This document shows, one piece after another, positions 57,056 through 64,000 of a stretch of 64,000 nt of DNA. Numbering within the stretch: position 1 is the stretch's first letter; every line of letters begins with the position of its first letter. Location: assembly GCA_963715865.1 (NCBI GenBank), contig OY970280.1, forward strand, positions 928,001 through 992,000, written 5' to 3'. The DNA comes from Candidatus Bathyarchaeota archaeon (GTDB taxonomy: Archaea; Thermoproteota; Bathyarchaeia; Bathyarchaeales; Bathycorpusculaceae). The notes beneath the pieces were generated by a model. The model did not search any database. It was not told the origin of the DNA and saw only the letters and a program-made list of their open reading frames with translations. A program made the translations under genes and the position numbers.

Positions 57056-57970
57056 TTGCCGACATTCCTAAGATTAAGCATGGGTAGCATCAGCAAGTAT
57101 TTCTCGTTACTTCTTGTTGTTATCTTAGCAGTCTCAAGCCTAATAATAGTTGAATCTGCATTTGCTCAGTCAATACCTAAACCCTCTACCCCAGAATTCA
57201 GTTTAAAGTACGTAGACCTCTCCTATAATGTACCACCAACTTATGGAATAGACCAATACACAGGAAAAACCATCATCACCCAAGACGGCTATCACGTGGA
57301 CAACCGATCATTACAATTCACCATAAAGAACCAACCCTTCACCTCATACACAGACCCAAGCGGCAACCAAACCAGCCTATACTACAACTTCAGAATAAAA
57401 GGAGCATACGGAACCGAATGGAATTACTACCCCTTTGCACCCAACGGAGTAACCACAAGCCGATATGGCGGAATCTTCTGGGGCAACAACACCGAATCTC
57501 CAGCAGACCTAGCCCAATCCAACACAGGATACACCACCATAACAATCCAAATTCCAGGCCTTTACAATGTGCCACCGGATGCACAGCTACAAGTCCAAGC
57601 ACAAGCCCTGATAGGATACATGGTACCATCAGACTACATGATGGCAGGACACGTCTACGTTTTCACAGGCCAGTACAGCGACTGGAGTAACACACAAACC
57701 ATAACAATTAGTTCAAGTGCTCCAACAGCAACACCTAACACATCAGCTTCTTCAACGCCAACCTCAAACTCATCAACCTCACCCACACAGAACCCAACAG
57801 CAACACCTAACCAGTTTGGTTCTCAGAATAAATCTTTATTTACTTTTGACTCAGAGCAAATTGTCATAGTAGTCTTTGTCGTTGTTGCTGTTCTGGTGCT
57901 TGTTGTGGCTGTGTTTATGCGTAGAAGAAGCGTGAAACCTGCAGTTCAATCAAACAATGAATCTCAATAA
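57056..57970 (+). CDS. Secreted/membrane-anchored protein (signal peptide, S/T/P linker, C-terminal TM)
   Basis: FAQSIPKPSTPEF start, YSDWSNTQTITI, S/T/P-rich linker, hydrophobic tail plus RRR. Confidence 0.8.
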   Translation: MPTFLRLSMGSISKYFSLLLVVILAVSSLIIVESAFAQSIPKPSTPEFSLKYVDLSYNVPPTYGIDQYTGKTIITQDGYHVDNRSLQFTIKNQPFTSYTDPSGNQTSLYYNFRIKGAYGTEWNYYPFAPNGVTTSRYGGIFWGNNTESPADLAQSNTGYTTITIQIPGLYNVPPDAQLQVQAQALIGYMVPSDYMMAGHVYVFTGQYSDWSNTQTITISSSAPTATPNTSASSTPTSNSSTSPTQNPTATPNQFGSQNKSLFTFDSEQIVIVVFVVVAVLVLVVAVFMRRRSVKPAVQSNNESQ

Positions 57971-58340
57971 CTTGTGAACTTGAATTTGGCATGTTGTGTG
58001 TGTTTTTTGTAGAGAGAGTTAGTAGGGTAGTAGGAGTTAGTTAGGGAGAGAATTAGTGTGTGTGGGATTAAATTTTAATTTCGCCGTTTAAATTGCGGCT
58101 TTCGGATTGTTAGTTCAAACTCTAATTTAGATATAATTACGCACTTCCTTAAAAAGAATATTTCAAAAGGATACTGTTAAGTAAGAATACTGTCAGTATT
58201 GATATTAATTAGACCATGGAAAAGAACATGAACCCTTGACTGTACTCGTTAATAGCCCTAACCGTTTAATGTATTTTGCAGAAATAGAAATTTTCCTTGC
58301 TTTCAAAAGTCAAAAATTTTGGCTTGTGTTATGAAAAGGT

Positions 58341-59315
58341 TCACGTATTTAAATCAGAAGTCTTTCGATGCCTTCTATAAAATGAAAGAGAGACTATTAC
58401 AGCTACCAAAACTACAACGATGACAATAACAGCAATCGCTATAATGGGAATTCCAATAGCAGGTTCATTAGGAGTTACTGTAGGTGTTGGAATTGGTTCG
58501 GTAATATTGACTTGGTGAATGAGGGGATAGTTATCGGTATTGCTGGCGTTTATTACGTATGGCATGTTACCTATCCCAGAGTCATCTATTTCAGTTGCGT
58601 TAGAATATTTTGAATTGTAGTCACTCCAGTAGTTGCCTACCTTGCCGTTATCCCAATTGTTAACTAAACCAGAATCAACTTCTGCTCCGTGGTCATTATC
58701 AATAAAGTTGTTGTAGTAAATGACGTTGTTTGAAGAGTTGTATAGAATAATCCCAGCACTGTAATAGCCCCACGAATTTGAAATATCTGTCAAATTATTT
58801 CCTATAATTTGGTTGTAGTAGCTTTTTAATAGCAATATGCCAAACATATCGTTCTTAATAGCATTACCAGTAATCGTAGTCAAGTTAGTATTGATAATGG
58901 AGATTCCGCCTATCATCCCAAAAGGTGTAACTCCACCAGTTATTGTATTATTTACAATAATAACATTCGATGAATCTTCTATAGCAATAACAACCGACTC
59001 TGTATTTGAAATTGATATGTTTTTTACGGTTACATTTGTAACGGAATTGATTTGAATTAAACCACTATTGAGATTATGACCACTGCCGTCAAGTATTATG
59101 TTGCTTTTTTGTACAGTAAATACTGTTGTGTCCGTGTCACTTGTGAAGGTATAGATGTTTCCTGTTTGTTTAATTAGCGTTGTTGAGGGATTTATGCTGC
59201 CGTCAGCATTTATTGTAAAAAAGCTTTGAGTTTGAGCCTTAATGGGCGAAATGCAAACTGCACTTGTAGCTATAAGGAAAATGAGAATTAGAGCAAAATC
59301 CAATCTTTTCTTCAT
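58341..59315 (-). CDS. NosD-like parallel beta-helix cell-surface protein
   Basis: TINADGSI, Asn-rich repeats, GNYWSDY, DNYPL, C-terminal TM. Confidence 0.88.
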   Translation of the reverse strand: MKKRLDFALILIFLIATSAVCISPIKAQTQSFFTINADGSINPSTTLIKQTGNIYTFTSDTDTTVFTVQKSNIILDGSGHNLNSGLIQINSVTNVTVKNISISNTESVVIAIEDSSNVIIVNNTITGGVTPFGMIGGISIINTNLTTITGNAIKNDMFGILLLKSYYNQIIGNNLTDISNSWGYYSAGIILYNSSNNVIYYNNFIDNDHGAEVDSGLVNNWDNGKVGNYWSDYNSKYSNATEIDDSGIGNMPYVINASNTDNYPLIHQVNITEPIPTPTVTPNEPAIGIPIIAIAVIVIVVVLVAVIVSLSFYRRHRKTSDLNT

Positions 59316-59374
59316 TCGTTTTCCACTTTGCTAATAGGTGATTAAAGCGATAAAAGGCTTAGGTTATTTCTATG

Positions 59375-59758
59375 CTATGCAGATTTAAGACTTGTTACAT
59401 CGCTTGTTAATGGGCTTTCATAATCAAGCTCTATCCCATTCTGCTCTATGTACTCTAAAAGCTCACGTATGCCTAATTTATTCATGCAGTAATTATAAAG
59501 TTCTGGATGGTAGTGCTTCATAATCCTAAACCGACATGTCTTTTCTTCAGCTATTCCAAAAAGGCAAAACATGCAACCTGTCCGAGTTAATCCATTATCG
59601 TAAACTTTAGAGTAATCTAAGTTTTTCAAGTGTATGTAATCCCATACATCTTTTTCAAGCCAAAAGCCTAAAGGTGTCGATTTAGGTGTTCCATGACTGA
59701 GCGAATTACAACCGTTTTTTAAGTATAATCTTCGCCTACTTCCTGAATCAACAGCCAT
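59375..59758 (-). pseudogene. PAPS-reductase-family C-terminal fragment (MGE type)
   Basis: STPLGFWLEKDVWDYI...YSKVY...RTGCMFCLFG; N-terminal PP-loop absent. Confidence 0.7.
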
Positions 59759-59980
59759 TTCACCAGTAATTGGGAATAATCCGCTTTTTTTGGTGAACTG
59801 CCTTGCTGTTTTCTTCTTTAATTATGGTTTCTGAATTTGAACTAAGTTACGAAAAGCCGCAACCTATCTGGCTAATTTTTAATCTTTTTCTCTCTCCTTC
59901 CAACTAAACATTAACACGCCTAACACTCACTACGCTAACACGCACGGCTCTAACACTTCTTAACCAAACACATAGATGGG

Positions 59981-60173
59981 TTAGACTGTTGGGATTCTTG
60001 GATTCCAGTCTTTTCCGTTCACTTCTCAGATATTTAGCGAATAAGAGAGCCTCTTCACTAATCAGAGTATCAATAGTTTGTTTGTTACCGTGTTTTATTC
60101 TTGGAATTTCAACCATTTTATCAAACAGATTATTCAATCCATCGGCTAAATCAGTAGTCTTATACTCACACAA
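59981..60173 (-). pseudogene. Second casposase-like Cas1 C-terminal remnant (1-nt insertion)
   Basis: LADGLNNLFDKMVEIPRIKHGNKQTIDTLISEEALLFAKYLRSER; removing one A restores KDWNPRIPTV-stop, parallel to 56817..56978. Confidence 0.7.
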
Positions 60174-60217
60174 ATGAGCCAGTAAAAATGTGGCTAAGTA
60201 TCATGTAAAAAAGATGA

Positions 60218-61438
60218 TTATGATAGTTTTCCAATGGTTACAGAGACTGCCTGCGTTTGCCCATTTCTTACCACCGTGAAATTAGCTGTTTGGCCAGGCA
60301 GCGTGTGTTGCTCCAGATAAGACAGCAAATCATCAGTGTTAGTTATTCTTACTCCGTTGATGGCTATTATAATGTCGCCGCCGATGATTACGTTTGAGCC
60401 TAAAATTGATGTTTGAGTTGTGCCGCCTTTGAGACCATTTTGTGTTGAAACACTCTCTACGAGGACACCGTAGGTAACGCTGGCTCCCATGGCTTGAGCA
60501 ATCTGATAATTCATATCTGTTCCCGTGGCGTCGATGGTCGGATGCTGGTTGTATGAGCCAGTGGTGACTAATGAGCTGAGTTCCCGAATTATAGTAGCTG
60601 ATGGAATTGCAAAGCCTAAACCCTCCGAGTTACTCACAGCCGCAGTTGTTATGCCGACGACTTCACCTGCATAATTGATAAGTGGACCACCAGAATTGCC
60701 TGAATTAATGGCAGTACTTGTTTGAATCATATCTGGAATTGTTTGGCCAGAACTTTGGCTTGAGCTCGATTCAGTGATGGTTCTCCCAAGTGCGCTGATT
60801 ACACCCGTGGTTAATGTTCCTGATAATCCATAAGGTGAACCTACTGCTACAACTGGGTCGCCTACTTGTAAAGTTTCGGAGCTAACGAGGGTCAAAGATG
60901 TCACATCGCTAGGCATAGAAGCTACAGAAAGGACTGCAAGGTCAGCTTTAGCGTCTGAACCTAACACTGTTGCAGGGTAACTGGCTCCATCTGCAAAAGT
61001 TACGGTTTCGTTGATTGCATCTTCTATCACATGATAGTTAGTGACTACGACCAATTGATTGTTTACTTCAGTTATGAACCCTGAACCCTGCTGTATAGAA
61101 TAACCTGCAAAGTTACCAAACAGACCATATTCAGGTACAAGGTCTTGGATTACAATTACAGATGATTTAACTTGCTGATACAGATTGGAAAGCGAAACAT
61201 TAGATTCTATTACGTATGTTGCGTTTGAATAACCAGAGTTGCCATTTTGAGAATAACCTCGCAGTTCAGCTTGTACACTATTGAGCTTTCCGTTGTAATC
61301 TGAGTAACTTACTGCGTAGCCGATTAAACCTCCTACAACCAAGCCTACGAGGAGGAGAACCACGATGATAACTACTGGAAAACGCTTAGTTTTTTGCGGC
61401 AGTGGCATTGGAATGGAAGGGAAAGGCGGAGTTTCCAT
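60218..61438 (-). CDS. HtrA/DegP-like serine protease with PDZ domain
   Basis: GSGF, VTNYHVI, DLAVL, AINSGNSGGPL, GGDIIIAING. Confidence 0.93.
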   Translation of the reverse strand: METPPFPSIPMPLPQKTKRFPVVIIVVLLLVGLVVGGLIGYAVSYSDYNGKLNSVQAELRGYSQNGNSGYSNATYVIESNVSLSNLYQQVKSSVIVIQDLVPEYGLFGNFAGYSIQQGSGFITEVNNQLVVVTNYHVIEDAINETVTFADGASYPATVLGSDAKADLAVLSVASMPSDVTSLTLVSSETLQVGDPVVAVGSPYGLSGTLTTGVISALGRTITESSSSQSSGQTIPDMIQTSTAINSGNSGGPLINYAGEVVGITTAAVSNSEGLGFAIPSATIIRELSSLVTTGSYNQHPTIDATGTDMNYQIAQAMGASVTYGVLVESVSTQNGLKGGTTQTSILGSNVIIGGDIIIAINGVRITNTDDLLSYLEQHTLPGQTANFTVVRNGQTQAVSVTIGKLS

Positions 61439-61467
61439 AAAAAATCCTCAAATTTTAAAAAAATGAT

Positions 61468-62277
61468 TTAGGCTGAGAATGGTTCATCACTGGAGTAAAT
61501 TGGTTTTTTGCAGGCGGGACATGTATCGTCGCTCATTTGAATACTGCTTCCGCAATGTGGGCATTTGTGATTCTTTTTCATTAAATGCAGACCTTCTTTC
61601 TCTTTAACTATTTTTCCGTCTTTGAGTAAGAGCATTCGTTCAGTATGGTGTGCAGCTTGACTATCATGCGTGACCAAGATTATAGTAGTGCCTTGCGTAA
61701 TGTTGAGGTTGGCAAGCAACTTGATGATTTCTTGCTTGTTTTGGCTATCCAAGTTTCCTGTAGGTTCATCAGCAAGAATTATAGCTGGATTATTTGCTAA
61801 GGCACGTGCAATAGCTACTCTTTGCTGCTCTCCAGCGCTGAGGCGTTGCGGTCTGTGTCCTTCTCTTCCTGAAAGGCCAACCAATGCTAAGAGTTCGCTT
61901 GCTCGTTTCTTTCGTTCGCTTTTTGATTTGATTCGTCCTTCCATGGGTAACTCAACGTTTTCTCTAGCGTTTAGGTACGGCAATAGGTTGAAGGTTTGAA
62001 ATACGAAGCCCATCTTGTCTCTTCTAATCTTGTAAAGCTGATTTTCAGGGAGCTTTGAAACGTCAATGCCGTCTAGTAGAACTTGACCACTAGTTGGCTT
62101 ATCAAGGCAGCCAATAACATTTAGCAGTGTGGTTTTGCCAGAGCCTGATGGGCCCATGATTGCAACAAACTCGCCAGCGTTTACCGTAAGACTCAGATTA
62201 GATAAGGCTGGAACGTTGCGTTTGCCAAGCGAATAGGATTTGCTTAGTTTTTCTATTTGTAGTACTGGTTTACTCAT
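61468..62277 (-). CDS. ABC ATP-binding protein (LolD/MacB family) with C-terminal Zn ribbon
   Basis: [26 protein letters not shown]; CPHC...CPAC. Confidence 0.93.
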   Translation of the reverse strand: MSKPVLQIEKLSKSYSLGKRNVPALSNLSLTVNAGEFVAIMGPSGSGKTTLLNVIGCLDKPTSGQVLLDGIDVSKLPENQLYKIRRDKMGFVFQTFNLLPYLNARENVELPMEGRIKSKSERKKRASELLALVGLSGREGHRPQRLSAGEQQRVAIARALANNPAIILADEPTGNLDSQNKQEIIKLLANLNITQGTTIILVTHDSQAAHHTERMLLLKDGKIVKEKEGLHLMKKNHKCPHCGSSIQMSDDTCPACKKPIYSSDEPFSA

Positions 62278-63759
62278 ACCTCATTGCCTCCGCTGGTCTT
62301 ATTTTCGCCGCTCTCCACGCAGGATATAGACTGCCTAATGTTCCAAGCAAGATGGCTGCACCGAACGCCAACAGTATAAGCTCAGGACTCAACGTCGCTA
62401 CTGATAATCCACTGATTCTCGTAGTACCTGAAACGATCACAGCGCCTGCAGCTGACCTGCTTCCTATGCCAACGCTCGGAAGCAAAAGTGACGAAAGCGT
62501 AGGTGCCGCTATGCTGCCTATTGCAATACCAACTACACCGGCAATCATACTTAACAGAATACCTTCAAGCATAAATTGGCCCATTACAGTCAAGTTGCTA
62601 AAACCAATCGCTTTAAGCGTGCCAATCTCTTTGGTTCTCTCCCTGACAGTATAGAGCATGACAAATAATACTATCAAGCTTGTTGCTGCAACCACCACGA
62701 TAATTTCTTCAACTGCAGTTGAATATGTTTGACTATTAGATGCTTGTGCAGTTGCCAGTTCAGTATTATAGGTCGATTGCAAGGCTTGAAGCTGACTTAA
62801 GCGAGTTTGATCTGTAGTAACTGTAAGCTCTGGATGCACTGAACTTATGGAGGTGGCTACCTGCGATACAACATCACTGCTTTGGGCAAAGACTGCGAGA
62901 CTAGTTATGTATCCAGTATTGTTAGTTATTGTTTGAGCGTCGGATAGGTTCATGTACAATGTTTGTGTTTGCGAAACTGCTGATGGACTATAGATGCCTA
63001 CAACAGTAAAGGGTTGGTTTAAAATGGTAATTGCGTCGCCTACTCCTGCTTCGAAGTATGCTGAGTTGTTTTCACTAAGCAAGACAGCTCCATTATCGCC
63101 TGCCTGTAAGTTGCTTCCAGCAGTGATATTTGTTGGCAATATAGGATAGTTGTCTACTAGATCAGAAGTCAGCGGGATGCCTTCAATCGTGTACTCGACA
63201 TCGAGACGCGTTATGTCTCGCGTGTATCCGTTAAATGACAGGGTGGTCGTTACGTTTTGCCCTTCAGACGCTGCAGTATAGGCTCGACAACTGCAACTCC
63301 AGAGATAGTACTATTGATATCAGTGTATAGGCTCTCATTCATGGGATTTGATTGCCCACCGCTAAATGCACCGCCACCAAACTGACCAGCTACAATTCCG
63401 CCACCGAACTGACCAGGCGTAAAGCCGCTTCTGCCAGATGTGCTACCGTCACCAAAAACAAAACTAGAGCCAGAGCCGCTGCCGCCAGATCCGCTACCGA
63501 AACCGAAACCTGAAAAACTTGGCGCAAGACTACAGTCTATTTGAGTTGATGTTTGGTTAATTGATGCGCTGGTTTGGCTAATAACGTTGCTTAAGTTTGA
63601 TGCTACCGTGCTTGCTGTCTGCTGATTAGCCAAAACACCTGCAGGAATTGAAACCATGATTGCCATCGAAAAGCCTAAAGCAATTATGACTAGTAGCGCT
63701 CGAATTTTCCTTCTTGAAATATTTCTTACTGCTCTATTGATGATTCCCATATGCTGCAC
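62270..63759 (-). pseudogene. ABC exporter permease (FtsX/MacB family) split by a 1-nt frameshift near 63275
   Basis: 63250..63759 gives the N-terminus (RRKIRALL); the second frame continues SEGQNVTT...NYPILPTNITAG to RERTKEIGTLKAIG. Confidence 0.8.
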
Positions 63760-64000
63760 CTTTCATTTTTAATTTTAAAAAGGCAACCAAAAAGAGAATC
63801 GAAGGGGTATTTTATTTGGGCAGTTTTTGGGCTTATGGCCTTATTTTCCATTTTCTACTCTCTTCTTGATTGCCTTTGTCTGCATACTGTTAAAGGGTTA
63901 TTAAACGATTTTTCAAGATTAGACCCAAATTTACTCCTAATTTTAACCTAAACCTGCATATCTTGGCATTTTAAAAGAACACATTTATTACTTCAGTCAG

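Noticed and set aside
56817-60173. Cas1 fragments as evidence of a CRISPR-Cas system
   Set aside because: Only C-terminal tails; no array, cas2 or effector genes; they resemble solo Cas1.

Overview
Archaeal chromosome segment, most likely Bathyarchaeia/TACK. This is an inference from a Cren7-like gene, rpl38e, a tRNA with a non-canonical BHB intron, a methanofuran cluster and Bathyarchaeia-style integrase and Cas1 C-termini. (1) 1-19 kb is an integration hotspot. A primase-helicase/tyrosine-integrase element (1-6.35 kb) is followed by two host genes and the RNase P RNA gene (7620-7921). The last 25-26 nt of that gene recur at 12436 and 18952, delimiting two tandem integrated elements. Element A (4.5 kb) looks like an integrative rolling-circle replicon: HUH Rep, an RHH repressor and an SSV-type integrase split by the att site. 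Element B (6.5 kb) keeps the att site, an in-frame int(N) stub and origin-like hairpins homologous to A's. It has no Rep or int(C) and carries cargo, so it looks non-autonomous. (2) 19-45 kb is mostly host genes (two PIN TA pairs, TFS, mfnB-A-D-F-E, tRNA-Phe, tRNA-Val, rpl38e, an ABC exporter, pncA, nnr, tsr3), with an unexplained 18-bp motif present five times between genes. (3) 45.5-60.2 kb holds MGE relics among host genes: an inverted-repeat-bounded RelE-like/Panacea cassette, an orphan terminase pair, decayed TA genes and two casposase-like Cas1 C-terminal remnants. (4) 60-64 kb holds an HtrA protease and an ABC exporter with a frameshifted permease. All protein-family calls come from motif recognition by eye; no database searches were run.
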